A stretch of DNA of 64,000 nucleotides from Gekko japonicus (GCF_001447785.1 NW_015166480.1:246485-310484), one strand, 5' to 3'. Numbered from the stretch's first letter, positions 12,631 to 25,648 are shown. The notes: a model not told the origin generated them from the letters alone. Made by a program: numbers and translations.

Positions 12631-13830
12631 ATTAATGATGAAACATGAAATTAATATATCTACAGACATTGTAAAATAATGTTGCATACAGAGCAAAACA
12701 AGGTCTCTTAAAAGTGAAATTATTCATCATACCTTGAAAGGAACATGCAGGTATCACATAACAGGTTAAACTAAGGTTTATTAAAATCAACATCTTAACT
12801 GTACATCTTATTTAAAGCTTCCCATCCTGTAATAAAGGCTGCCCTACAGAGTAGGCTCCCAGGTCAGAATGGTAATACTACTACTCTTGATCCATGCCTC
12901 ATTCGGCTCATCAGTGCCATGTTTCCATGCTAGTCAGCATGAGTGGTCACAAGATGATGGCCACCAAGGAAGTTTCATCCTCGGGGCCCCTAGGTCTGGT
13001 CCAAAACCATTCCTTTACTGGCCAAAACCATTCCTTACTTTCGCTCCAAATGGCTTAGCTGTATAAGGCAAATAGCAGAGATCCAATTCCTGTCCTTGTA
13101 TGCCCATGTGAAATGGGACTGGAAGTAAAACTGGCTCCCATCCTGGAGAAACCGGAACCAGATTTCTGCATGGCAAAGCGCAACACATTTTTTTTCTAAT
13201 TAAGCAATACTTGGGCTCAAAATTTTAATGAAATATCTATACAAGACTAACATGCCCCCTAGACATTTGGTTTATTATTCTATGTTCCAAATTGTTTCTG
13301 GAGAACTCCAGTCATACCAGACCTGAGTCAATAGTACAGCCACTGCTTCTTTCACCACCTGAATTTCACTAGACCTATGTGAAGGTCTGACTTGGTGGCT
13401 AGGTCCACACCAACAACCTTCATTGGCTTTATGATCACCTCAATTCTTCTTCAGCTGTGTCGATCTTTGTAGTGAAGACTGAGGTGTGATAGGGAAGATG
13501 GAGGTGGTGGCAGCCTAGGTCTGGTATGACTTCATGGTAGACATGTAGATTCCTTGTGAACTTACAGAAGCCTCTAATAAATCCTCATTGGATATCCAGA
13601 GAATAAAAAGGAGGGCAAGTAGTTTTCATGTGTGTGCGTGTGCGTGCATACACACACGTAAAGACATTGTTGCATTGTCATTTATTCCCAAGAATTGTAC
13701 TACAAAAAAGCCTTCTTAAGTGAATTGGTTACTTTAGTTTACCAGAGGTTTCTATAGCAGGAAAAATTACTCTATTGATTTCCCCATCTTTATTAGTAAG
13801 TATGAATTGTTTTCTCTTTTCCTTTTATAG

Positions 13831-13979
13831 TGCCTAAACATATGTGTAAAATAAATAATGGTGGCTGTAGTCACTTGTGCCTCCTTGCTCCGGGCAAAAC
13901 ACATATGTGTGCCTGTCCTGCCAACTTTTACCTTGCTTCAGACAATAAGACCTGCTTATCAAACTGTACAGCCAGTCAA
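13831..13979 (+). CDS. LRP1B: LRP1B exon B, copy 1 (149 nt, phase 1-0): EGF-like module and start of the first LDLa repeat
   Basis: Polypyrimidine tract plus tag| acceptor, CAA|gtaagt donor. Translates [50 protein letters not shown]. Confidence 0.93.
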
Positions 13980-14937
13980 GTAAGTTTATTTTTTAAAAAA
14001 TAATGCCTTCAGAGATTTTCAAAGGGAACAAGCATGCTGTATTTTAATGTTAACTATTTTAATTAATGTTAATGTAATAGCCTTGATTCTTGCTTCCTTT
14101 CCCCGTTCTTGTTATCCGTTGTGGAAATGGTTCTTTGTTGAGCAGCCTTTTCTCTAGTGCTAGGTACTTTTTGGCTTACTGAGAGAGCCTAGTGGTGCAT
14201 GAGCAGAAGCTGGGAGCTAGTATCCCAGGCTGAGTTGCAGGGTCCCAACGCAATCATTCCAGGGTACTCTTAGAGCCAGTGCACTGGCATCTCAGGCAGA
14301 GTCACCAGGTGCTAACAGTCATTTCAGGGGGCTTCATCATCATCTTTGCTGTGCGAACTCCTAAGCACCTCATCAGTGGTAGCATGTAAGATGGTGTCTT
14401 TGCTATGTTAAATGTTGGTATGAAAGGACCNNNNNNNNNNNNNNNNNNNNNNNNNNNNNNNNCTGAATTGGGCTCTGAATTGGGTGTTTGACAGATCTTG
14501 TTAACCTTTAATCTCTCTGTGTTAGAACATCTGTGGAGCAACGGAAAGGTCCATGCTACCTCTCCAGTACTGTGATGTTTGGCCAACCTATCACGGTTGT
14601 TTAGAAAGGTGCAAAATAGTTCCCTTGAGTCAGGATCCCATGAGTNNNNNNNNNNNNNNNNNNNNNNNNNNNNNNNNNNNNNNNNNNNNNNNNNNNNNNN
14701 NNNNNNNNNNNNNNNNNNNNNNNNNNNNNNNNNNNNNNNNNNNNNNNNNNNGGGCCTCTAAAACTCTCCCTTACATGCTTGTATTCCATCCCAAGAGCCA
14801 TCTCTTGAAGGCAGTCTGATGGGGCAAAAAGGGTTTGTACATGTGTGTTTAGAACTACAGGGAAACTTGGTACATAAAATGGCTACTCTTTGGTGAATAC
14901 AGAGTCCTCAGACTAGATACCAGAGTTTGACTCTAAC

Positions 14938-15634
14938 NNNNNNNNNNNNNNNNNNNNNNNNNNNNNNNNNNNNNNNNNNNNNNNNNNNNNNNNNNNNNNN
15001 NNNNNNNNNNNNNNNNNNNNNNNNNNNNNNNNNNNNNNNNNNNNNNNNNNNNNNNNNNNNNNNNNNNNNNNNNNNNNNNNNNNNNNNNNNNNNNNNNNNN
15101 NNNNNNNNNNNNNNNNNNNNNNNNNNNNNNNNNNNNNNNNNNNNNNNNNNNNNNNNNNNNNNNNNNNNNNNNNNNNNNNNNNNNNNNNNNNNNNNNNNNN
15201 NNNNNNNNNNNNNNNNNNNNNNNNNNNNNNNNNNNNNNNNNNNNNNNNNNNNNNNNNNNNNNNNNNNNNNNNNNNNNNNNNNNNNNNNNNNNNNNNNNNN
15301 NNNNNNNNNNNNNNNNNNNNNNNNNNNNNNNNNNNNNNNNNNNNNNNNNNNNNNNNNNNNNNNNNNNNNNNNNNNNNNNNNNNNNNNNNNNNNNNNNNNN
15401 NNNNNNNNNNNNNNNNNNNNNNNNNNNNNNNNNNNNNNNNNNNNNNNNNNNNNNNNNNNNNNNNNNNNNNNNNNNNNNNNNNNNNNNNNNNNNNNNNNNN
15501 NNNNNNNNNNNNNNNNNNNNNNNNNNNNNNNNNNNNNNNNNNNNNNNNNNNNNNNNNNNNNNNNNNNNNNNNNNNNNNNNNNNNNNNNNNNNNNNNNNNN
15601 NNNNNNNNNNNNNNNNNNNNNNNNNNNNNNNNNN
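14938..15634. other. Assembly gap between the two duplicated blocks
   Basis: N run. Other gaps at about 1579-1645, 8513-8555, 14431-14462, 14646-14751, 15831-15966, 16151-16250, 24259-24527, 40484-40645 and 59123-59161. Confidence 0.99.
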
Positions 15635-16597
15635 GTGCTTTTCTCAGGTTTGTAGAATGATCTATCTTGTCTCTCAATTGCCCCAGCCTCTGGATTTAAG
15701 TATTCACAGATTTGGCCTCATTGAGGTTTAGATACATTGATATATTTGTTAATTGCAATGTCAACAACCCTTATAAATTTTAGCAGTCTCTAGAGTGTGC
15801 CAGATAAGACAATTGTCAGGATAGTTTGATNNNNNNNNNNNNNNNNNNNNNNNNNNNNNNNNNNNNNNNNNNNNNNNNNNNNNNNNNNNNNNNNNNNNNN
15901 NNNNNNNNNNNNNNNNNNNNNNNNNNNNNNNNNNNNNNNNNNNNNNNNNNNNNNNNNNNNNNNNNNAGAGTCCTCAATACTTTAGCATGGTCACTGTATT
16001 TTTTAAAGTACATACTATGTTCTTCAGGCAGTATCTTGTCATGTTCAAGCAAATGTTAGCTTGAACTTGTGTTCAAACTTAGATCTATTTGCTATGTGAA
16101 ACACCAGTCAAGTTCCTCATCAATCTGCCTGACTAAGCATAATGTATAAGNNNNNNNNNNNNNNNNNNNNNNNNNNNNNNNNNNNNNNNNNNNNNNNNNN
16201 NNNNNNNNNNNNNNNNNNNNNNNNNNNNNNNNNNNNNNNNNNNNNNNNNNNAAAATGTAATCCAAATACATTCTAGACAAACCTGTTCTATAAAACCTAG
16301 GTGCATCTGAGTCATCTTCTGCAAGTGGACGTGGAAGGCTTTGCACAAACTATATTTGTAATTAACTGAGTATTCTGCTTGTAAAAAGGCTGGCACATTA
16401 AATAATATGTGTAATTCTTCCAATATGTGTATAAAGTGTGCAGAAGTTCTGTGGATTACAGCCATTTGCTTCACTATAATTAGACCTAAAAAAACCTAAA
16501 TAGGCAAAGTTTATGTGTCTAATGTAAATCCTAGACATTTTTAACTAGTAATAAAGAGTCTTCATCCCTGACATATTGTCACGTTATTCTGTTGCAG

Positions 16598-16786
16598 TTC
16601 CTAATCAACACATCCTAGGGGTGATTGCTCTCACATTGTTTGAAGAGTATGTATACTGGACTGATGGAAAAACCAAGTCAGTCAACCGTGCCCATAAAAC
16701 TTCTGGAGCAGATAAAGCATCACTGATTAACTCATGGCATGCCATCACTGATCTCCAAGTATATCATTCATATAGACAACCTGATG
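16598..16786 (+). CDS. LRP1B: LRP1B exon A, copy 2 (duplicate of 10490-10678)
   Basis: Same translation and splice sites as copy 1. Confidence 0.9.
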
Positions 16787-16929
16787 GTAAATATATTTTA
16801 TGTGTATTCAGTCAAGCACATCAGTATCTCACATTTTGTTAGTGTTCTGGCGGTTTTGCTTACCAAGAAGTGTAAGTAGTTTTATTTTGCATTGCTTAGG
16901 AAGTAAAACACAGGTAAGAGTAAAGATTT

Positions 16930-19260
16930 CCAAGCTTCTTTACAGATAAAATCTTGTCACTCTGCTGAGACTTAACTCCCTTGACCACCTTTGGATTCAG
17001 TATTCGACAGCTTCAGCTGGCTCCCTCATTCCAACGTTGACAGGATCCTGCATGCTGTTAAGCCAACCATATGCCTCTTGGACCTCTGTCCCACATGGCT
17101 GGTAAAAGCTGGTGGTGAGAGAATACTGGGCCTCCTGGTGGACATTATCAATCTGTCAATGGAATCAGGAGTCTATCCAGCAAGGTTGAAAGAGGCTTCG
17201 GTGGTACAACTCTTGAAAAAAAAAATCTCTGTATTCTACCGTTCCTTCCAATTACCACCCAGTTTTGAATCTGTCGTTTCTGGGAAAGGTAATTGAGAGA
17301 ATGGTAGCTGAACAGCTCCAGAGTTTCCTGGATGACACACCGGCATTGGACCCATTCCAGTCCAACTTTTGCCCCAGCCACAGGACAGAGACAGTGCTGG
17401 TTGCCCTCTCAGACAATCTCTGCAGTCAGCTGGACCAAGGCAGGTCAGCACTGCTGTTGTTACTTGATTTCACAGCAGCATCTGACATGGTCGACCATGA
17501 CCTTTTGACCCACTGCCTCTCAGACATGGGGATCCGTGGGGTAGCAATGAAGTGGCTTACCTCATTTCTCCTTGGTCAGGGACATAGGGTAGCAGTACAA
17601 GAAAGGGTGTCAACTAGGTGACCCTTAACATATGGGGTCCCTCAGGAGGCATTCCTCTCGCCAATGTTGTTCATTATCTATATGCGTCCCCTTGCCCCGC
17701 TGGTGAAGAGTTTCAGGCTGGGGTGTCATCAGAATGCTGGTGACACCCAGTTATATCTGTTAATGGGTGGCCACCCAGATACCACCCTGCAAAATCTGTT
17801 CAAGGGTCTAGAGGCCATAGTAGGATGCTTGGAAAAGTGTTAACTGAGATGGAATCCAGCTAAGATGGAGGTTCTGTGATGGGGGGGGAGGTCACGGCTG
17901 GGGCGTCAACTTCCCACACTTGACAGTGTGCCATTGATACTGTCAGGAGTTTGAGCATGGTCTTGGATACCTCCTTATCTATGGAGGCCCAGATCATGAA
18001 TGTTGCCAAGCTGGCCTTTTTCCAACTGTGGCAGCTGGCCCCTTTCCTGTCTCGCCCTGACCTAGCCACAGTAATCCATGCAATGGTCACCTCCAGATTG
18101 GACTACTGTAACTCGCTTTATACTGGCCTACCCTTGAGACTGATCCAGAAACTCTAGCTGATCCAGAATGCAGCAGCAGGAGTCCTGATGGGAATGTCAT
18201 GGACAACACATATTCAACCTGTGCTGTGTCAGTTGCACTGGCTTCCAGTGGAATACCAAATCAGGTTCGAGGTGTTGGTATTGACCTTTAAGGCCTTGAT
18301 CAGTCAGGGACCCACATATCTTTGGCACTGTCTCCTCTGGTATGTTCCCTAAAGAGCGTTACACTCTGTAGAGCGCAATCTACTGGTGATCCCTAGCCCC
18401 AAAAATGTCCCTCTGTCCTCGACCAAGGCCAGGGCTTTTTCAGCCCTAGCTCCTGCCTGCTGGAACTCTCTGCCAAATAACGTCTGTGCCCTGCAGGACC
18501 TGATGTTGTTCTACAGGGCCTGCAAGGCAGACATTCTGCCAGGCCTTTGATGAAAGTGACGAGTACCATATTGGCTGGCACTCCCTCCTCCTCCTCCTCC
18601 CCCCTTTTCAACTATTCTCCCACCCAATCTCACCTATGAGGTGGAGACAAAGTCTGGAATCTGATGTATCAATGTCCCCTGTGATTTGTTTTTAATTACT
18701 GTACTAATGTCACTTGTGAATTGTTTTAATTAGTTTATTTAAATTCTGGTATGTTCCCTAAAGAGTGTTACACTCTGCAGAGAGCAATCTACTGATGATC
18801 CCTAGCCCAAAAAATGTCCCTCTGTCCTCAACCAAGGCCAGGGCTTTTTCAGCCCTAGCTCCTGCCTGCTGGAACTCTCTGCCAAATAACATCTGTGCCC
18901 TGCAGGACCTGATGTTGTTCCACAGGGCCTGCAAGGCAGAGTCATTCTGCCAGGCCTTTGTTTGAGGAAAGTGATGAGTACCATATTGGCTGGCACTCCC
19001 TCCTCCTCCTCCTCCCCCCTTTTCAACTATTCTCCCACCCAGTCTCACCTATGAGGTGGAGACACAGTCTGAAATCTGATGTATCAATGTCCCCTGTGAA
19101 TTGTATTTAATTTCTGTATTAATGTCATTTGTGAATTGTTTTAATTAGTTTATTTAAATTATTGGAATTGTTTTAATACAATATCTTTTATTGTTGCTGT
19201 TTATTGCTCAGAGATTGAGCGATATATACATCACAATGATAAATAAATTAATTAAATAAG
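16930..19260 (+). mobile_element. L2-clade LINE (copy 2), 3' end locally duplicated
   Basis: LSFLGKVIERMVAEQLQSFLDD..LDPFQS. 18745-19160 repeats about 18335-18744. Confidence 0.85.
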
Positions 19261-20200
19261 TGATGAAACATGAAATTAATATATCTACAGACATTGTAAA
19301 ATAATGTTGCATACAGAGCAAAACAAGCTCTCTTAAAAGTGAAATTATTCATCATACCTTGAAAGGAACATGCAGGTATCACATAACAGGTTAAACTAAG
19401 GTTTATTAAAATCAACATCTTAACTGTACATCTTATTTAAAGCTTCCCATCCTGTAATAAAGGCTGCCCTACAGAGTAGGCTCCCAGGTCAGAATGGTAA
19501 TACTACTACTCTTGATCCATGCCTCATTCGGCTCATCAGTGCCATGTTTCCATGCTAGTCAGCATGAGTGGTCACAAGATGATGGCCACCAAGGAAGTTT
19601 CATCCTCGGGGCCCCTAGGTCTGGTCCAAAACCATTCCTTTACTGGCCAAAACCATTCCTTACTTTCGCTCCAAATGGCTTAGCTGTATAAGGCAAATAG
19701 CAGAGATCCAATTCCTGTCCTTGTATGCCCATGTGAAATGGGACTGGAAGCAAAACTGGCTCCCATCCTGGAGAGTAACAAATACAAAAAAATTGCGGAG
19801 AAAGTGCATACAAGTAAATAAAAACGTAAATCCTTAAACTTGTGATGCTCTAATGTTGTTTAATCTCTTGTTCTTCATACTTTACTCTTCACATACTAGC
19901 CTACCCTGGTTCCAAGGTCAGAATGGTAATACTACTATTCTTGATCCATGCCTCATTCTGCTCATCGGTGCCATGTTTCCATGCTAGTCAGCATGAGTGG
20001 TCACAAGATGATGGCCACCAAGGAAGTTTCATCCTCGGGCCCCTAGGTCTGGTCAAAACCATTCCTGTACTGGCCAAAACCATTCCTTACTGTCGCTCCA
20101 AATGGCTTAGCTGCATAAGACAAATAGCAGAGATCCAATTCCTGACCTTGTATGCCCATGTGAAATGGGACTGGAAGCAAAACTGGCTCCCATCCTGGAG

Positions 20201-20626
20201 AGTAACAAATACAAAAAAATTGCGGAGAAAGTGCATACAAGTAAATAAAAACGTAAATCCTTAAACTTGTGATGCTCTAATGTTGTTTAATCTCTTGTTC
20301 TTCATACTTTACTCTTCACAGAATGAAAATCCTAAATCCCAAATGTTTGTCCGTTGAAAGTTTATCTTTGATACTGTATATGATGAGCTACTGAGAAAGC
20401 ATTTGGCATTTGGGATTTAGGATTTTCATTCTGTGAAGAGTAAAATATGAAGTATGAAGATCATGGAAGTTTGAGGTTTTTGATAAAGAACCATATCGAA
20501 ACGAACAACTGTACTCGAGAGGTTCGTAATCCGCTCGTCTCCACGCCACTGCTGTATTTGGTTGGCACTTCTTTGCTGAAAACAAGAGATTAATCAACAT
20601 TAGAGCATCACAAGTTTAAGGATTTA
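20201..20626. mobile_element. Insertion with internal inverted repeats, probably Penelope-like; absent from copy 1
   Basis: Flanked by the direct repeat aaaactggctcccatcctggag, which occurs once in copy 1 at 13127-13148. Arm 20254-20345 is complementary to 20407-20460 plus 20581-20626. Confidence 0.55.
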
Positions 20627-21409
20627 AAACTGGCTCCCATCCTGGAGAAACCGGAACCAGATTTCTGCATGGCAAAGCGCAACACATTTTTTTTCTAATT
20701 AAGCAATACTTGGGCTCCCCATCCTGGAGAAACAGGAACCAGATTTCTGCATGGCAAAGCACAACATATTTTTTTCTAATTAAGCAATACTTGGGCTCAA
20801 AATTTTAATGAAATATCTATACAAGACGAACATGCCCCCTAGACATTTGGTTTATTATTCCACGTTCCAAATTGTTTCTGGAGAACTCCAGTCATACCAG
20901 ACCTGAGTCAATAGTACAGCCGCTGCTTCTTTCACCACCTGAATTTCACTAGACCTATGTGAAGGTCTGACTTGGTGGCTAGGTCCACACCAACAACCTT
21001 CATTGGCTTTATGATCACCTCAATTCTTCTTCAGCTGTGTCGATCTTTGTAGTGAAGACTGAGGTGTGATAGGGAAGATGGAGGTGGTGGCAGCCTAGGT
21101 CTGGTATGACTTCATGGTAGACATGTAGATTCCTTGTGAACTCACAGAGTCTCTAATAAATCCTCATTGGATATCCAGAGAATAAAAAGGAGGGCAAATA
21201 GTTTTCATGTGTGTGCACGTGCACGCACGCACACACGTAAAGACATTGTTGCATTGTCATTTATTCCCAGGAATTGTACTACAAAAAAGCCTTCTTAAGT
21301 GAATTGGTTACTTTAGTTTACCAGAGGTTTCTATAGCAGGAAAAATTACTCTATTGATTTCCCCATCTTTATTAGTAAGTATGAATTGTTTTCTCTTTTC
21401 CTTTTATAG

Positions 21410-21558
21410 TGCCTAAACATATGTGTAAAATAAATAATGGTGGCTGTAGTCACTTGTGCCTCCTTGCTCCGGGCAAAACACATATGTGTGCCTGTCCTGC
21501 CAACTTTTACCTTGCTTCAGATAATAAGACCTGCTTATCAAACTGTACAGCCAGTCAA
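21410..21558 (+). CDS. LRP1B: LRP1B exon B, copy 2 (duplicate of 13831-13979)
   Basis: Same splice sites. The one difference I saw is synonymous (GAC/GAT, Asp). Confidence 0.9.
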
Positions 21559-22601
21559 GTAAGTTTATTTTTTAAAAAATAATGCCTTCAGAGATTTTCA
21601 AAGGGAACAAGCATGCTGTATTTTAATGTTAACTATTTTAATTAATGTTAATGTAATAGCCTTGATTCTTGCTTCCTTTCCCCGTTCTTGTTATCCGTTG
21701 TGGAAATGGTTCTTTGTTGAGCAGCCTTTTCTCTAGTGCTAAGTACTTTTTGGCTTACTGAGAGAGCCTAGTGGTGCATTAGTAGAAGCTGGGAGCTAGT
21801 ATCCTAGGCTGAGTTGCGGGGTCCCAACGCAATCATTCCAGGGTACTCTTAGAGCAAGTGCACTGGCATCTCAGGCAGAGTCACCAGGTGCTAACAGTCA
21901 TTTCAGGGGGCTTCATCATCATCTTTGCTGTGTGAACTCCTAAGCACCTCATCAGTGGTAGCATGTGAGTAAGATGGTGTCTTTGCTATGTTAAATGTTG
22001 GTATGAAAGGACCTGCAGTAAAATCACAGGAGATGTTCTGAACGAATTTGTATGTAATATGTGCTATGGATCATTTCTCTGAATTGGGCTCTGAATTGGG
22101 TGTTTGACAGATCTTGTTAACCTTTAATCTCTCTGTGTTAGAACATCTGTGGAGCAACGGAAAGGTTGCTACCTCTCCAGTACTGTGATGTTTGGCCAAC
22201 CTATCACGGTTGTTTAGAAAGGTGCAAAATAGTTCCCTTGAGTCAGGATCCCATGAGTCACAGACTGATAATTTTATAGCTAACATTGTGGTGGAGAATG
22301 TGGGCAATTGACCTTGGGCCTCTAAAACTCTCCCTTACATGCTTGTATTCCATCCCAAGAGCCATCTCTTGAAGGCAGTCTGATGGGGGAAAAAGGGTTT
22401 GTGCGTGTGTGTTTAGAACTACAGGGAAACTTGGTACATAAAATGGCTACTCTTTGGTGAATACAGAGTCCTCAGACTAGATACCAGAGGTTGACTCTAA
22501 CACTAGCACAAGAGATAAACACTCTGCAGCAGATATTCCACTCCTGCAATGGAAGACAGTGCAGCACAAGCAGAAGCAAGGATTAGGATCCAACAAGCCT
22601 T

Positions 22602-22959
22602 CAGGGCTATTTTTGGGCAGGAACGCACAGGAACGGAGTTCTGGTTGGCTTCAGAGTTGGCCACGCCCACTACAGGCAAAACCTCTGCGTGCGTGGCTAC
22701 AGAGGGGAAGGCCTGGAGAATGACCCCTCCCCCCTCAGCGACCCCGAGGCGGGGGGGCTGGGGGGGCCTGGAAGGATTGGGGGGGGGGCATTTAAATACC
22801 TCCCTGTGCCTTCCCCGGCCTGTCCAAAGACTGACTTGCCTAGGCAAGCCAAGGGAAAGCATGGGGATGTGGCCAAATATGCTAATGAGTTTCTACTCTT
22901 TGGTGTGGCCTATTATGCTAATGAGTTCCTGCTGGGCTTTTTCTACAAAAAAAGCCCTG
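22602..22959. mobile_element. hAT-type MITE
   Basis: Ends CAGGGCT...AGCCCTG, exact 8-bp TSD CAAGCCTT, two TATGCTAATGAG motifs. Confidence 0.88.
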
Positions 22960-23609
22960 CAAGCCTTTATAATCACATCAATTTGTTTAAAATTATGGCA
23001 CTGTTTGGTGATTGATACATATTGTGCAGATACTGATAACCAATAGATAGATAATCCAGCTAACTTTACTTATATTTTTTAAGCCTTAGTGAACATAGTC
23101 TAGCCTAAGGAACTTCTAGATATGGAACAACATATCTACGGAGAAAGTGCAATAAGAGTCAAACAGGGATTCCAACCCTTGGACAAAAAGGAATTCAAGG
23201 ATATTATTGAACTCATTAGTATGTGTCCCAGACTTAGGATGATACTTCTGACAATATTAATTTAATTTTATTATAAATAGTGTTTTAATGCAGGTACTTG
23301 AGATAGACATGTCTCAAATGGATATGACAGGTAATTGATGCATTAGTAAACTGAGTTTGATGCAGATATATGAAGCAAAGCTGACCAAAGAACTATTTGC
23401 CCTTTCATTTTGACATCTGCTAGAACTGCAAATAATATAGAATAAGAGTGTTATCATGAATATGGATTATGTCTACTTTTTACTAATTCGGCAAGATACA
23501 CTTGTATTATGCCCATTTGTAATCTCTCCTCATATATAATTCTGTTTTTGAGTGGCAATGTTCCATGCACTCCCTCAGTCATTGGCCCATCAGCCACCAC
23601 TCAAGAGTA

Positions 23610-24258
23610 CCCCATTATTATTTATATGGATTTTTGAAATTTTACTTGGACGGATTAGAGAAAATAAAGAGGTTAAAGGACTATCTAACAAAGGGTTTTC
23701 CTATAAATATAGAGCTTTTGTGGATGATGTAATGTTTTTGGTAGAGGATCCTATACAAAAACTACCGTTGCTTATAGAGAAAATAAAAGAATTTTGAGAC
23801 TTAGCGGGATTTTATGTAAATAAAAATAAATCCAAGGTGATGTGTAAAAATATGACTGGTGTGAAGTAAGACGAATTAAAGAAGTTAACACAATGTGCAG
23901 TAGTCAAAAAGACAAAATACTTAGGTATTGAACTGACAATGAAGAATATTGACCTCTTCAAGAATAAATATGACAAACTCTGGCTTCAAATTCTACAGGA
24001 TATATAAAAAATGGAACACTTTAAACTTGTCGTTAATGGGTAGAATCTCAGTGGTTAAAATGAATATTTTACCGCGTTTGATGTTTCTATTTCAGACTAT
24101 TCCAATTGTGAAAGACTCAAAGACTTTAAATTCTTGGCAGAAAGAGGTTTCAAAATTTGTATGGGCTGGAAAAAAACCAAGGATTAAGATGAAGATCCTG
24201 TGCGATGCAAAGGAAAGAGGTGGATTCCAATTACCGAATTTTAAATTGTACCATGATG
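23610..24258 (+). mobile_element. L1-clade LINE ORF2 (reverse transcriptase) fragment
   Basis: YRAFVDDVMF (RT active-site-like) and LSLMGRISVVKMNILPRLMFLFQTIPI, with stops and frameshifts. Runs into a gap. Confidence 0.85.
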
Positions 24259-24784
24259 NNNNNNNNNNNNNNNNNNNNNNNNNNNNNNNNNNNNNNNNNN
24301 NNNNNNNNNNNNNNNNNNNNNNNNNNNNNNNNNNNNNNNNNNNNNNNNNNNNNNNNNNNNNNNNNNNNNNNNNNNNNNNNNNNNNNNNNNNNNNNNNNNN
24401 NNNNNNNNNNNNNNNNNNNNNNNNNNNNNNNNNNNNNNNNNNNNNNNNNNNNNNNNNNNNNNNNNNNNNNNNNNNNNNNNNNNNNNNNNNNNNNNNNNNN
24501 NNNNNNNNNNNNNNNNNNNNNNNNNNNTCAGTTGTGATACCCGGTGATCTTCAGGCTCCACCTGGAGGTTGGCTACCCTAAGCGTAGCAGTCAGTGCTTC
24601 AGAGCAGGGTCTGCTAGATCCAAGTTCTTGCTGTAGAAGCTGAGTGGGTGATTTTGGACCAGTCACAGACTTTCAGCCTAACCTACCTCACAAGGTTGTT
24701 GTGCAAGTCAAAAGGGGGAGAGGAGAATGATGTAAGCTGCTTCGGTCCCCATTGCAGTGAAAGACTACTTTTCCTCCTGGGAAA

Positions 24785-25265
24785 CCATTGTTGCCAATCT
24801 CCAGATGAGGGTTGGAGATCACTCAGAATTACAACTGGGCTCCAGAGGGCAGAGATCAGTTCCCCTGGAGAAAATGGTGGACTCTGTGGCAGTCAGGGCT
24901 TTAGAGCATGGAAGAGGCTGCAGGTGTGTGGGGGGGAATGGAAAGCTGAAGAGTGAGGGGGAAATAAAGGTAGGTTGATGATTGACTGGGAAGGAGATAG
25001 GGTTGCCAACTCCAGGTGGGAGATTTCTGGAGATTTGAGGGATGGAACCTGGGGAGGGTGAGGTTTGAGGAGGGGTGGGACCTTAGACAGGTACAATGCC
25101 ATAGACTCCACCCTCCAAAATAGTCATTTCTTCCTGTGTAACAATTGTTGCCAATCTCCAGGTGAGGGCTGGAGATCACTGAAAATTATAACTGCTCTTC
25201 AGGTAGCAGAGATCAGTTCCTCTGGAGAAAATGGTGGACTGTGTCATTATACCCTGCTGAGGTCA
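24785..25265. mobile_element. Cluster of TAGGGTTGCCA-type hAT MITE fragments
   Basis: gttgccaatctccag...gagatcagttcc.ctggagaaaatgg at about 24790 and 25147; tagggttgccaactcc at 24998. Confidence 0.65.
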
Positions 25266-25648
25266 CCACAGCACATTGACACTGAGTGCCCAAGGTCTTG
25301 GCACTCTCCCAGATCCTCTTTCTAGATCTCGTTGTATTTATTTCCACAACGGGCCTTAATCCTAGTATAATATAATGTACATTTATATCTCATTCTAGCT
25401 GACAAGTGCAGATATTTGGAATTAAAAATTTCAGGATCAGATCCTCCACTGGTAATACTATTGCCTACTAATGCTAGTATACCTATAAAGCAAAAAGAAA
25501 TGTTTTAATCCAGCCTTTTAAAATGTGTTATACAAAATTATTAGAAATTTGTTTTAAGGAGCGCAGGCTTAAAATTTTGATTGTTGGTTGCTTATGAGTT
25601 CTTATTCACATAGACTATTCATGTTATTTCAATAAAATTTTAATATGA

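Larger units (their letters stand above)
9312..14937 (+). repeat. Duplicated block, copy 1 (probable haplotype 1)
   Basis: Starts gtgcttttctcaggtttgtag and ends ttgactctaac at the gap. Collinear with 15635-22501. Confidence 0.92.
15635..22501 (+). repeat. Duplicated block, copy 2 (probable haplotype 2, with internal sub-duplications and an insertion)
   Basis: Collinear with 9312-14937, with scattered substitutions and indels. Confidence 0.92.

Noticed and set aside
14913-15677. ORFs of about 250 aa, and other X-rich ORFs
   Set aside because: They only read through N gaps.
9312-22501. Novel mutually exclusive exon system in LRP1B
   Set aside because: The duplicated exons are protein-identical, the duplication breakpoints coincide with gap edges and copy 2 is mosaic. 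Assembly artefact is far more likely; kept as a finding only to be tested.
22549-23046. 165-aa ORF
   Set aside because: Mostly spans the GC-rich hAT MITE at 22602-22959.
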